Assembly (NCBI GenBank): GCA_963786955.1
Contig: CAWBAT010000004.1
Coordinates: forward strand, 448,001-512,000
Length of the DNA: 64,000 nucleotides
Reading direction: 5' to 3'
Source of the DNA: an uncultured Acidimicrobiia bacterium
Lineage (GTDB): Bacteria; Acidobacteriota; Terriglobia; Versatilivoradales; Versatilivoraceae
Position 1 is the first letter of the stretch; every line of letters starts with the position of its first letter. The notes under the pieces were generated by a model. The model was given only the letters and a program-made list of their open reading frames with translations. It ran no database searches and was not told where the DNA came from. The position numbers and the translations under genes are program-made. This document shows, piece after piece, positions 54,852 through 64,000 of this stretch.

Positions 54852-56081
54852 TCAATTGCGTTCTGCATCGTTTCCGCTCCTACTCTGATCGCTTTCGGAA
54901 TGACGGAAGATCAGGCGGAGTTCGTCCTTAACTAGAAATTCCAAACTCTCATCATTTAGGTTTGGGCTGAGTTTCAGGGCGGTAAGTGAAGGCGCCTTCA
55001 TCGGATCTGGCTGAAAAAGATCCAAAGCATCCTTGTATCGGGATTCTTTGGGGTTCAGATGAACCGCCTTTTGGATACACTCTTTCGCTTTCCTTTTCCA
55101 ATTCTGTTCCAGGAATGCCAGACCCAGCTGGAAAAAAGCCTCGTGACAAAGAGGGTCCATCTCAATGGCTTTTTTCATGTGCTTAATTGCAAATCGCAAC
55201 AGCCCGTGCCTTGAGTAAATGGACCCCACCACCAGATGCATCTGTGGAGTTGGTTTGAGATTTAGCGCGTGAGAAAAATGGCCCAACGCCCGGTCATCTT
55301 CTCCCAGCGAAACGAGCACAGATCCCAGAAAAACATGAGCCGCCAGTGACGTCCCGCAAATGTCGACAGCGTTCCCCAAGTATTGCTTCGCCCTATCGTA
55401 ATCCCCTTTTCGCTTGGCCAGTAATCCGGTCAGCAAATTGGCCTCAAAGTGATGCGGGTTACTTTTCAGCACCTTCCGGAGACATTTGCCTGCATTTGAG
55501 AAATTCTCAAATTCGTAATAGATCTTTCCCAAAAAGACTCCGACCTCACAATTCTGCGGATCGGTGGTAAACGCCCGTTCCAAAGCTTTCAAGCCTTGTC
55601 GAAAACGGCGGCGCAAGAAGTGCTGGGTGCACTCTTCGATCAATTTGGAAAAAAGTCTCTTGTCTCTGCCTCGAAAAGCGTTGATGAAGGTTTTCTTGCT
55701 AGACTCAAACCTTTCCCGCTCTTCACTCTCCCATAATCGCTGAGCGACTCGTCGTTGCCAATCCTTCTCCAGATCCCGCTTGCCGACGATTTGAACCCGC
55801 TTCAACGCATCCGCGATCGATTCGATCATCGTATGGTCATAAAAGCTGTCCGTGGCCAGCTGTTGAACCAGATCATAGATCTCGTTGAGACGTTCGTCGA
55901 GGCGACCGATGGAATACTCCAGCGCGCTGATACGCTCAAGAAAGTGTTCATCCAGAATGGGCATTCCCATGTTCTGCCGATATGCGTAAGGCAGGATCAT
56001 GAGCCGTGTTCCACACTTGAAACAGCTTTCATCGCCGATCAGATTCTTTGTTCCGCATTTCTGACAGAGAATGACGGGCAC
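54852..56081 (-). CDS. Zn-ribbon + coiled-coil + TPR protein
   Basis: CQKC...CFKC, heptad segment LERISALEYSIGRLDERL, several TPRs. Confidence 0.8.
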   Translation of the reverse strand: MPVILCQKCGTKNLIGDESCFKCGTRLMILPYAYRQNMGMPILDEHFLERISALEYSIGRLDERLNEIYDLVQQLATDSFYDHTMIESIADALKRVQIVGKRDLEKDWQRRVAQRLWESEERERFESSKKTFINAFRGRDKRLFSKLIEECTQHFLRRRFRQGLKALERAFTTDPQNCEVGVFLGKIYYEFENFSNAGKCLRKVLKSNPHHFEANLLTGLLAKRKGDYDRAKQYLGNAVDICGTSLAAHVFLGSVLVSLGEDDRALGHFSHALNLKPTPQMHLVVGSIYSRHGLLRFAIKHMKKAIEMDPLCHEAFFQLGLAFLEQNWKRKAKECIQKAVHLNPKESRYKDALDLFQPDPMKAPSLTALKLSPNLNDESLEFLVKDELRLIFRHSESDQSRSGNDAERN

Positions 56082-56093
56082 CCCTTTCTCCTC

Positions 56094-56954
56094 CTAATGA
56101 GCGTAGTGGTAAAATCCTTCTCCGCTTTTGCGACCCAATTTGCCCGCTGCAACCATCTTCTTCAACAATGGACAAGGGCGGTACTTCGAATCATTAAAAC
56201 CCTCGTACAGAGTTTCCATGATATTCAAACAAACATCAAGCCCAATCAAATCGGCCAATGTAAGTGGGCCCATCGGGTGATTCATTCCTAGTTTCATCAC
56301 CGAATCGACGGCCTCCGGATCCCCTACACCTTCATAGACACAAAAGATGGCCTCATTGATCATGGGCATCAAGATCCGGTTGGAAACAAATCCTGGAGAA
56401 TCCTTAACCTCTACGGGAACCTTTCCCAATCGGCTGACTAAAGACAAAATATCTGTAACAGTTTGCGGGGAGGTCAGCAAGCCTCGAATAATCTCAACTA
56501 ATGTCATCACCGGGACCGGATTCATAAAATGCATTCCGATGACTCGATCGGGACGATGCGTCGCGGCCGCCAGACGCGTGATTGAAATGGAAGAAGTGTT
56601 AGTGGCCAGGATCGTCTGCGAATGGCACGATTGATCCAATTGCATTAAGATATTTTTTTTCAATTCTATGTCTTCGCTGACCGCTTCGACCACCAGTTCA
56701 ACTTCCTCAATGGAACCCAGATCCGTACGCGATTGAATATTCTGCAGGGTCAACTCCCGCATGGATGGGTCAAGTCGTTTCTTCTCTACTTCGCGTCCCA
56801 AATTCTTATCAATCAACTTCAGAGCCGTTTCCAGCTGCGAAGGCAAAGAATCACAGAGAATGACGGAGAAGCCTTTCTGAGCAAAGACCTGGGCTATGCC
56901 ACTCCCCATCGTTCCTGCACCAACCACTCCAATTCGGTTCCAATGGCTGTTCAT
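56094..56954 (-). CDS. hbd: 3-hydroxybutyryl-CoA dehydrogenase
   Basis: GAGTMGSG, NTSSISIT, GMHFMNPVP, HPMGPLTLADLIGLD. Confidence 0.96.
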   Translation of the reverse strand: MNSHWNRIGVVGAGTMGSGIAQVFAQKGFSVILCDSLPSQLETALKLIDKNLGREVEKKRLDPSMRELTLQNIQSRTDLGSIEEVELVVEAVSEDIELKKNILMQLDQSCHSQTILATNTSSISITRLAAATHRPDRVIGMHFMNPVPVMTLVEIIRGLLTSPQTVTDILSLVSRLGKVPVEVKDSPGFVSNRILMPMINEAIFCVYEGVGDPEAVDSVMKLGMNHPMGPLTLADLIGLDVCLNIMETLYEGFNDSKYRPCPLLKKMVAAGKLGRKSGEGFYHYAH

Positions 56955-56998
56955 AGCGTTTCGAATTTTCTGGGCAAACCTGCGATTGGCTTCAAAGG

Positions 56999-58183
56999 CT
57001 AAAGTGTCCGTTGCACGGCCATTGCCACGGCATTACCTCCTCCAAGGCAAAGGGCAGCCACGCCTTTTCGGGAACCTCTTCGGATCATCTCGTGCAGTAA
57101 CGTCACGAGGATACGTGCGCCGCTGCAACCAATGGGATGACCGAGAGCAACCGCTCCACCATTCACATTTACTCGCGCGGGGTCCAGCCCCAATTGCTGA
57201 ATGACGGCCACGGCCTGCACTGAAAATGCTTCATTGATTTCGAAAAGATCGACTTCATCGTAGGTCCAGCCAGCTTTTTCAAGAAGCTTCCCGATTGCAC
57301 TGACCGGCGCCATCATGACGAGACGGGGTTCTACACCACTCACTGCCTGCGCTTTAATCTCGGCCAGCGGGGCTAAATTCAACTCTTGTGCGGCCTGCAA
57401 AGAAGAGACGATAACCGCCGCAGCTCCATCGTTGGTTCCTGGGGCGTTCCCTGCAGTTACGGTCCCGTCTTTCTTAAATACCGGCTTCAACGCGCTCAGT
57501 TTTTCTAGGCTCGAATCTTCACGCGGAGACTCGTCCACTTCAAACAAGATTGGGTTCCCTTTCTTCTGCGGAATCACGACAGGAACAACCTCGTCTCGAA
57601 ACCTTCCCTCCTGGATTGCACGCACCGCCTTGCGGTGACTGTCTAGAGCGTACTGATCCTGTTGTTGTCGGGTAACTTGATATTTCTCGGCAACAATTTC
57701 GCCGGTATTCCCCATATGATAATCCTCGAAAGCATCCCAGAGACCATCCTGAATCATCGAATCCAACGCCTTTCCATGGCCGATCCGGAAACCTTCACGA
57801 GCCTGGGGGAGCAAATATGGCGCATTGGACATGGACTCCATTCCTCCGGCAAGAACCAATTCGGCTTCTCCCAACTGCACAGATTGCGCCGCCAACCCGA
57901 CCGCTTTCAACCCAGACCCGCATACTTTGTTGATGGTTAAGGCTGCCACTCGTGGGGATAGTCCGGCCTTTAACCCTACTTGCCGGGCCGGGTTCTGTCC
58001 TAAACCCGCAGACACGACATTCCCCATGATAATCTCATCCACCCGCTCCACCGGAAGTGAGAAACGACGAATCAAAGCTTCAACGACTGTCGTCCCCAAA
58101 TCGATGGCAGAGCAGCTCTTCAATCCTCCCATGAACTTGCCAATAGGGGTTCGAAGAGCCCCCAGGATGACTGCTTCTCTCAT
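56999..58183 (-). CDS. Acetyl-CoA C-acetyltransferase (thiolase)
   Basis: [26 protein letters not shown]; ATG at 58183 after GGAGGG. Confidence 0.96.
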   Translation of the reverse strand: MREAVILGALRTPIGKFMGGLKSCSAIDLGTTVVEALIRRFSLPVERVDEIIMGNVVSAGLGQNPARQVGLKAGLSPRVAALTINKVCGSGLKAVGLAAQSVQLGEAELVLAGGMESMSNAPYLLPQAREGFRIGHGKALDSMIQDGLWDAFEDYHMGNTGEIVAEKYQVTRQQQDQYALDSHRKAVRAIQEGRFRDEVVPVVIPQKKGNPILFEVDESPREDSSLEKLSALKPVFKKDGTVTAGNAPGTNDGAAAVIVSSLQAAQELNLAPLAEIKAQAVSGVEPRLVMMAPVSAIGKLLEKAGWTYDEVDLFEINEAFSVQAVAVIQQLGLDPARVNVNGGAVALGHPIGCSGARILVTLLHEMIRRGSRKGVAALCLGGGNAVAMAVQRTL

Positions 58184-58280
58184 GGTTTCCCTCCAGGCTT
58201 GCACACCATTATAGGAACTATTCCTTTGAAAAAAGCAACCGACTTTGGGTGGGTCAGCATCGAATGGTGTGTCTCGAGCA

Positions 58281-58309
58281 TTGCATGACTCTCCATCGTC
58301 GCCTATAAT
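58281..58309 (+). promoter_or_regulatory. Putative sigma70 promoter of the VWA gene
   Basis: TTGCAT-N17-TATAAT. Confidence 0.6.
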
Positions 58310-58364
58310 TCATCTCGGAACCTCATGAATAATGAATTCGCCGCAGTCCTAGAACCTGCCTAAT

Positions 58365-59288
58365 ATGAAAAAAACTTCTTTTCTCTTTATTGTATTGATC
58401 CTTGGAGTTGCCGTCACGGCTCTCTCTCTTCAGGGAACCCAAAAACCTCCGGAAGTTGAAGGAACCTTAAAGGTCTCTGTCGATCTCGTCAACGTTGTAT
58501 TCGCTGTCTCTGAAAGCAATAACCGGTTCGTTTCAAACCTCAACAAAGAAGACTTCCTCGTTGAAGAGGATGGCAAGCCGCAAACGATTTCCTATTTTGC
58601 CAGAGAAGTGACCTTACCTCTGACCCTGGGTTTATTGATTGACACAAGTCCGAGCGTGGAACCCATCCTGGAGACTGAACAGTCTACAGCCATGGAATTT
58701 CTCCGGGCCGTGCTCAGAAAACAAGATCTCGCTTTAGTGATGAATTTCGATCGAAGCGTGACGTTGCTTCAAGACTTCACTTCGGATTTGCGGCGGCTGG
58801 AAAAGGCCATTCGGTCTGTCTCGATTGGGGGTGGGACTTCGGTTCATGACGCAATATACCTAGCTTCGGATGAAAAGCTCAAAGGGGAATCAGGGCGCAA
58901 AGCAATCATCCTGATTAGCGACGGGGGCGACACGACCAGTAAGTTGAAAATGAAAGAGGCTTTGGAAGCAGCCCAACGGGGAGATATCATCATTTTTGCC
59001 ATCTCGACACCGGTTGTCGGCCCTATGATGATGGGCGGCGGTGACGCCGGTATATTGAAAAAATATTCTGAGTCTACCGGGGGCAGAGCCTTTTTCCCAT
59101 CAAAAGCCCAGGATTTCAAAAAATGTTTCGATGCCATCGAGGAAGAACTGCGCAGCCAATACGTCATCAGCTACACCTCGACCAATGCCGCCAAAGACGG
59201 TAGCTTTCGTTCCATCAAAATTAGCGTCCCCAGTCAAAAAGGCCTCAAAGTAAGAGCAAAAAAGGGCTATTATGCCCCCAAGGGCTAA
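58365..59288 (+). CDS. Acidobacterial-type VWA domain protein, secreted
   Basis: Signal peptide, VSVDLVNV, EEDGKPQ.I..F, DTSPS MIDAS, ISDGGDT.S, ELRSQY, GYYAP. Confidence 0.92.
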   Translation: MKKTSFLFIVLILGVAVTALSLQGTQKPPEVEGTLKVSVDLVNVVFAVSESNNRFVSNLNKEDFLVEEDGKPQTISYFAREVTLPLTLGLLIDTSPSVEPILETEQSTAMEFLRAVLRKQDLALVMNFDRSVTLLQDFTSDLRRLEKAIRSVSIGGGTSVHDAIYLASDEKLKGESGRKAIILISDGGDTTSKLKMKEALEAAQRGDIIIFAISTPVVGPMMMGGGDAGILKKYSESTGGRAFFPSKAQDFKKCFDAIEEELRSQYVISYTSTNAAKDGSFRSIKISVPSQKGLKVRAKKGYYAPKG

Positions 59289-59333
59289 GAAACGGGCAGA
59301 GCACATGCGCTCCCTTATTTCTTTTGGGCTAAA

Positions 59334-60146
59334 ATGACCGATCGAATTTTCGGATTCCTAACCCTCTTTGTCTTGCTGGGTAGCCCATTTCAAACCTCCT
59401 TTCATTTAGAAGCCCAAGGACAGCGTCCCCAGAAAGATGCCACCGCGGAGCGAGCTGAAGGAATTGTCAGGAAATCTCTGGCCGCATATGGCGGGGAGCA
59501 CAAATCCCTCTCTTCTAGAAACACCACTCTCGAGTATCAGGTACAAGCAATGGGTGAGACTTCTGCCAAACCTCTCCTGGTTAAGGCTTACTTCAAGGAT
59601 TCTGAATTCTTCCGATCCGACGTGCTCGGGGAAAAGACAAACACGGTGACAATTCTTAATCATGACAAAGGGTGGCTGAAAATCGGTGATACGACCCTGT
59701 CCCTTACGAAGAAAAACCTGGAACCTTTGAAAGCCGAAGTCATCTCACAACTCCGCCCGGACTTGCTCCTGCTGGCTTTTCAAAAATTCCGCTATTACGG
59801 CAGGACCGAAGAAGACGGACACTCTCTCGACGAAGTGGATGTATCGGGATTCCTCGGAGGTGAATATACGCGGGGCCGGCTTTCTTTCGACTTGAGTACC
59901 CATTTGGTCTACAAGTACGAATTCGAGAGCGAGAGGGAATCCGCAACCGGTAAAGGCATATTCCACGGAACATCCAAATACATGGAGTACCGTGATGATG
60001 ACGGTTTGAAAATCCCTGTCGAAATTGTATCGACCCAAGGGGGGAAAGTTTCGAAAATCAAAGTGAACCAGATTGACTCAAAAACGGTTCTTGAAGAAAG
60101 TTTATTTTCAGAGCCTCCTCAACCAGTTCCGAATGTGAAGAATTGA
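59334..60146 (+). CDS. Secreted hypothetical protein, possible LolA-like beta fold
   Basis: Signal peptide, AAYGG start motif, Y...DGLKIP, ESLF..P end. Confidence 0.7.
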   Translation: MTDRIFGFLTLFVLLGSPFQTSFHLEAQGQRPQKDATAERAEGIVRKSLAAYGGEHKSLSSRNTTLEYQVQAMGETSAKPLLVKAYFKDSEFFRSDVLGEKTNTVTILNHDKGWLKIGDTTLSLTKKNLEPLKAEVISQLRPDLLLLAFQKFRYYGRTEEDGHSLDEVDVSGFLGGEYTRGRLSFDLSTHLVYKYEFESERESATGKGIFHGTSKYMEYRDDDGLKIPVEIVSTQGGKVSKIKVNQIDSKTVLEESLFSEPPQPVPNVKN

Positions 60147-61048
60147 AGAATGTCGGATGGCTTGAGACGTGCAACACCTTCCTCTTTTTTCTATGTCTTT
60201 CAAGAAGAATCTCCCCGTCCTCCCATATCCGCCGAATGTCTAAGAAATTTCAGGCCCTTTTGAATAGACAGTCCCCTGCTTTGCAAAGTCTTTTGGCTTT
60301 TCTGATGGCATTCCTGGGATCTCAATTCTTCGCTCCTCGATTCAACTCCAATCACGTATTGCTTAATTCTGTCCTCCTCCAGTTCGGGTTTGTTTTTGGC
60401 ATCCCTTTCATTATGGGCCGAAGCTTGAATTTGGGTACTCGGACGGAATTCAAATTGAAACCCACTTCATTCAGGAATTTGGCATTCAGCACACTGGTCG
60501 CCTTATCCCTGATCAGTCTTCTGGAAGAATTGGGTTATATACAATCCCGCTTTTTGGGTGAGGTTTTCGGTCAGGGTTTCTCGATCTTGAAAATTCTAAA
60601 GGTCAATACAGCGAGTGATTTCGGCTGGACTTTCCTTGCAATTGCCCTAGTCCCCGCATTCTGCGAAGAATTTTTGTTCCGAGGATTCATTTTCAACCGC
60701 CTTCTCCAACCCAATCAAACAGGCCAAGCAATCATGGTTTCATCGGTCCTCTTCGGAGTTTTCCATCGCCATCTCAGTGTTCTACTGAACTATACCGTGG
60801 CCGGAATTGTGCTTTCGCTCATCTCCTATCGAAGTGGAAGCTTGTTCAACTCCATTTTGGCCCATGCGGTCATCAATTCGACAGCGATTGTAATAGTCAA
60901 TTCCAATCAGGTATCGTCAATTTTTTCAACGGGACACAGGGGGCACCTGCCGGTTGCTTTGTTGGCGGCATCGCTGGCCGGGCTAGTCTACGGACTCAAG
61001 TCCCTGCGTTCTGAAGATGCAGGCAAATCAGCCCCAAATTCGCTCTAA
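60143..61048 (+). CDS. CPBP (CAAX/Abi) family intramembrane metalloprotease
   Basis: EEFLFRG, FGVFH, HAVIN motifs; start uncertain. Confidence 0.88.
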   Translation: MKNVGWLETCNTFLFFLCLSRRISPSSHIRRMSKKFQALLNRQSPALQSLLAFLMAFLGSQFFAPRFNSNHVLLNSVLLQFGFVFGIPFIMGRSLNLGTRTEFKLKPTSFRNLAFSTLVALSLISLLEELGYIQSRFLGEVFGQGFSILKILKVNTASDFGWTFLAIALVPAFCEEFLFRGFIFNRLLQPNQTGQAIMVSSVLFGVFHRHLSVLLNYTVAGIVLSLISYRSGSLFNSILAHAVINSTAIVIVNSNQVSSIFSTGHRGHLPVALLAASLAGLVYGLKSLRSEDAGKSAPNSL

Positions 61049-61168
61049 TTGGGCCCGCTTTTAGGAACCGCGCAAATATGGAGTGAGGTTCCATCGCAAT
61101 GTCTTAATGTGGTAATGAGACCCCGCGAGAACTCAAAGAGAGGCACTTTGAGATGAAATACTTTCAAG

Positions 61169-61407
61169 ATGGATATGTTCTGGGTGACCGCTATGGGAAG
61201 GTCGTCGATCCTTTCGGGCATGAATGGGGGATTGGCAACCATACTGAAGATCTAACGGAAGAAGAATTAACTTGCCGAGCCAAAGCAGCTTTTGCCGAAA
61301 TGGCGAAACCTCAACAGGCGCAGGAGCAGTCCCCAAGACTATCTTCCGCGTTCGCGACCCTCACTTACAAGGGAGTTGCGCTGATGGCTAAAGCGATAGG
61401 TTTATAA
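61169..61407 (+). pseudogene. Remnant of VOC/PhnB-like (glyoxalase superfamily) gene
   Basis: DMFW and (G)DRYGKVVDPFGHEW lie in different frames (TGG GT GAC, one G missing at 61181-61185); N-terminal two-thirds absent. Confidence 0.75.
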
Positions 61408-61415
61408 AGACTAAC

Positions 61416-61454
61416 AAAAAAGCCCGATCCCTTCGTGAGAGGGTATCGGGCTTT
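61416..61454 (-). terminator. Intrinsic terminator after tonB (possibly bidirectional)
   Basis: AAAGCCCGAT-CCCT...AGGG-t-ATCGGGCTTT stem with A6 on the left. Confidence 0.8.
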
Positions 61455-61490
61455 GAACTTAGTGCGCGAAAACAACAATTTAGATACTCG

Positions 61491-63053
61491 TTAGCGCAAG
61501 GAGAAATTGACTTCGATATTCAGCGCCACGTCGACTGGAGCGCCATTCTTCATCCCGGGGCGAAACTTCCACTGCCTTAAAGCGGCAATGGCATTTTCAT
61601 CGAGACCCAGCCCGAGTCCGCGGACGACGCGTTGAATCTCAATCGTTCCATCTTTTCGAACAATGGCGGAAAGGACGACAACCCCCTGGTATTTGGCTTT
61701 CCGCGCCTCTTCTGAATAAGTCGGCTCAATGCGGAACACGACAGAAGGAGCGGAAACACCGCCACCTACGCGGAAAACACCTCCTCCGACACCTCCACCT
61801 TCACCTGGACCGTAACCTCCACCCTTCCCTGGACCAACCCCACCGCCTGTGCCAGTCCCTATTCCGCCGCCCGTGCCAGGACCGCTGGAAGGGGGGCCTG
61901 GAATTCCCAGCGGGTCGCCATAGTTAGGCAAGTTCACATTAGGCAATTGCGCCAATGTTGGAACAATCAATGTCGGTTCGACGGGCAGAACTGGATCTAG
62001 ATTGACGATCTTTGGCGTTGGAGGAGTCAACTGTTTATCAGACAGCTTTGGCAATTTCCCCTTCGAGGCAGGAGTTGGTTCTCTCCGCCCGCCCCCACCG
62101 CCACCGCCAGCCTTTTCAGGCTTGGGAGGCATGTTGACGAGCCCGGTGGGTTCTACTAACAAGACATGAGTGGTATTTGCCTGATTGTTCTGCCTGCCCT
62201 TCATGATGAGACTCGGCACCAAGATAATTGCCACGACCATGGAGATGTGAATGATTGTTGAGTAGACTAAGGATGTGGAGCGAAATTTATATTCTTTGAA
62301 AATCTCATCGACTTCAACGGGCTGGGCGGTTAAATGGATGTCAGGCCGTTCTTCTCGGACAAATAAATACTTAATCTGGGAAAAGACCGTCAAGTACCAA
62401 GGCTTCGTCTCGAGAATGAGGTCTGTGTCGATGGGTTTCGAAGAAATAGCATAATTCTTGGCTTCGGGGCGAAATACTGATTTCAGGTTTCCCTTGAGGG
62501 TCTTGTACCAGGGAACCGCCTCGACCATCAGATTCGTTTCGAGTGGTCTGGAGGTAATGTGATACACCTTCGTCTCATTAACAAATAGAGACTTCAGGTT
62601 ATTCAAGAAAGCTTTGAGCCGGGAATCGACTTGTAATTGGAGGTTCAGGTCCGGCAGAAGAATTGGAGCGGAATGATCAATGGGGCGGCTGGATTCGTGG
62701 TGGAGATTGGCATCAGAGACAGCTTCAAGTGCGGAAACTGACCGAACAACAGGGACCTCAGGGATTGGCTCGATTTCAACCGCGGCAGAGCGGCTAGCGG
62801 GCTGCCACGTCGCTTGCGCGCCTACCCCTGATGCAGTCACTAATGGCTGCACTGGAGTCTGAAGAACTCGGGCAGGTCCAGCCTGTGCTGGGCTAAGGCT
62901 TAAATTGTATAAATTTTGGCGAGCTTCTTCCAGCTTCCGCTGAAGCATCCCCAACTTTTCGGAACTTGTATTCGAGTTACTTCCTGCTTCTTGAAGAGCG
63001 GACTCTAAGAACTTAATGAGATCCTTTTGTTCTTCAATTTGATTCATGTACAC
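61491..63053 (-). CDS. TonB-family energy transducer with long N-terminal repeat extension
   Basis: TM helix with SxxxH (STIIH), Pro/Gly-rich linker, TonB_C (EPTYSEEARKAKYQG.V, GLDENAIAALRQWKFRPG). Confidence 0.9.
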   Translation of the reverse strand: MYMNQIEEQKDLIKFLESALQEAGSNSNTSSEKLGMLQRKLEEARQNLYNLSLSPAQAGPARVLQTPVQPLVTASGVGAQATWQPASRSAAVEIEPIPEVPVVRSVSALEAVSDANLHHESSRPIDHSAPILLPDLNLQLQVDSRLKAFLNNLKSLFVNETKVYHITSRPLETNLMVEAVPWYKTLKGNLKSVFRPEAKNYAISSKPIDTDLILETKPWYLTVFSQIKYLFVREERPDIHLTAQPVEVDEIFKEYKFRSTSLVYSTIIHISMVVAIILVPSLIMKGRQNNQANTTHVLLVEPTGLVNMPPKPEKAGGGGGGGRREPTPASKGKLPKLSDKQLTPPTPKIVNLDPVLPVEPTLIVPTLAQLPNVNLPNYGDPLGIPGPPSSGPGTGGGIGTGTGGGVGPGKGGGYGPGEGGGVGGGVFRVGGGVSAPSVVFRIEPTYSEEARKAKYQGVVVLSAIVRKDGTIEIQRVVRGLGLGLDENAIAALRQWKFRPGMKNGAPVDVALNIEVNFSLR

Positions 63054-63345
63054 TCCACTGGCTAGCTGCTAGAGGGAACCTTAACAAGCAAATTAGACGA
63101 AAAAGCCCCCCCTTGCGTTGTACGAGGGCCAAAAAAATTCATCTATTAGGGTATATGCTCAAGGAAAAGTGTCCCGCTGAGTAACCTCTCGATAATTCTA
63201 GCAGAAAGTTCCCTTTTGAAAAGCAAATTGTGCTCTTCGAGAAAGGTCGTCCAGCCCTCCTCGCAAATCCCAGTGGTGCCCGAAGAACCCCAATGGAGAC
63301 AATGCCTTGATCAGCTGTCAATCATTAACTCATATTGCCCATTCA

Positions 63346-63374
63346 TGGACAATTTTCGCGACATCGACTATAAT
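63346..63374 (+). promoter_or_regulatory. Putative sigma70 promoter of ileS
   Basis: TGGACA-N17-TATAAT about 60 nt upstream of the start. Confidence 0.7.
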
Positions 63375-63433
63375 TCGCGTCTTTTTAGAATACCCCGATC
63401 AGCCCGATGGAAGGGAATGACAAGGGAGTCAAA

Positions 63434-64000
63434 GTGGAGCTAAAAGAAACACTCAATCTGCCAAAAACTGCATTCCCCATGAAAGCCAACCTTTCGACAA
63501 CCGAGCCCCAGATTCTACAAAGATGGGAAAGCTTGAAATTATACGAAAGCATACGCCAGCACCATGCCCATTTCCCTGTTTTTACTCTTCACGATGGGCC
63601 ACCCTACGCCAATGGAAACATCCATTTGGGCCATGCAGAGAACAAGATTCTCAAAGACTTCATTGTGAAATCCAGGAATATGTTGGGATTTAACGCCCCT
63701 TACATTCCGGGTTGGGATTGTCATGGCCTCCCAATCGAAATCAAAGTGGACCAGGCTCTGGGAAAGAAGAAATCCTCCCTTTCTCTCACCGAAGTACGCC
63801 AGGCCTGTCGAGAGTATGCGGAGAAGTACGTCGGGTTACAACAACAGGAATTCAAAAGGTTAGGTATTCTGGGTGAATGGGACCGTCCCTATCTGACCAT
63901 GAGTTATGATTATGAAGCCGCAATTGCTCGGACCTTCGCTACTTTTGTCGAAAAGGGCTACATCTACAAAGGGCTGAAGCCTGTCCATTGGTGTATCTCA
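63434..64000 (+). CDS. ileS: Isoleucyl-tRNA synthetase (5' part, truncated by window edge)
   Basis: Not in ORF track. From GTG at 63434: MELKETLNLPKTAFPMKANL...LHDGPPYANGNIHLGH...PGWDCHGLPIE. Confidence 0.96.
   Translation, partial: MELKETLNLPKTAFPMKANLSTTEPQILQRWESLKLYESIRQHHAHFPVFTLHDGPPYANGNIHLGHAENKILKDFIVKSRNMLGFNAPYIPGWDCHGLPIEIKVDQALGKKKSSLSLTEVRQACREYAEKYVGLQQQEFKRLGILGEWDRPYLTMSYDYEAAIARTFATFVEKGYIYKGLKPVHWCIS

Noticed and set aside
61060-61130. c-di-GMP-I riboswitch resemblance (GCAAA...CGCAA)
   Set aside because: Lacks the GACGCAAAGC core and a proper GNRA/receptor arrangement
61780-61900. Periodic GC-rich repeats suggesting a tandem repeat or CRISPR
   Set aside because: They encode the Gly-rich linker of TonB; no repeat-spacer structure or cas genes in the window
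63054-63433. T-box riboswitch upstream of ileS
   Set aside because: TGGTGCC does not match UGGNACC, and the good promoter at 63346-63374 leaves only about 55 nt of leader

Overview
Chromosomal window (~50% GC by eye), most likely from an Acidobacteriota genome. The evidence is the acidobacterial-type VWA protein, TonB architecture, the RpoA start '[12 protein letters not shown]' and the EF-Tu loop '[15 protein letters not shown]'. Left end: truncated MsbA-like ABC exporter, Zn-ribbon membrane protein, amidohydrolase, frameshifted ppk1 and a cyclase-family lipoprotein. From 7.4 to 30.4 kb is one contiguous translation supercluster (rplM-rpsI-rpsB-tsf-pyrH-frr joined to str, S10, spc and alpha operons), with adk and map missing after secY. 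From 33.2 to 53.6 kb is a type IV pilin/glycosylation locus: AsnB, two GT4, WecA-like, GT2, methyltransferase, TMTC-like GT-C, Wzy_C O-transferase, three pilins, a PilGHI/Xap-like ABC module, an ArnT/PMT-like GT-C and YfhO. Two of the pilins encode near-identical mature proteins with a mosaic synonymous-divergence pattern suggesting gene conversion, and the array sits behind a sigma54-type promoter. Right end: recA, Zn-ribbon/TPR protein, hbd, thiolase, VWA, CAAX protease, a VOC remnant, a repeat-bearing TonB and the start of ileS. No tRNA, rRNA, CRISPR array or transposase was recognised. All calls are by-eye motif recognition; no database searches were run.
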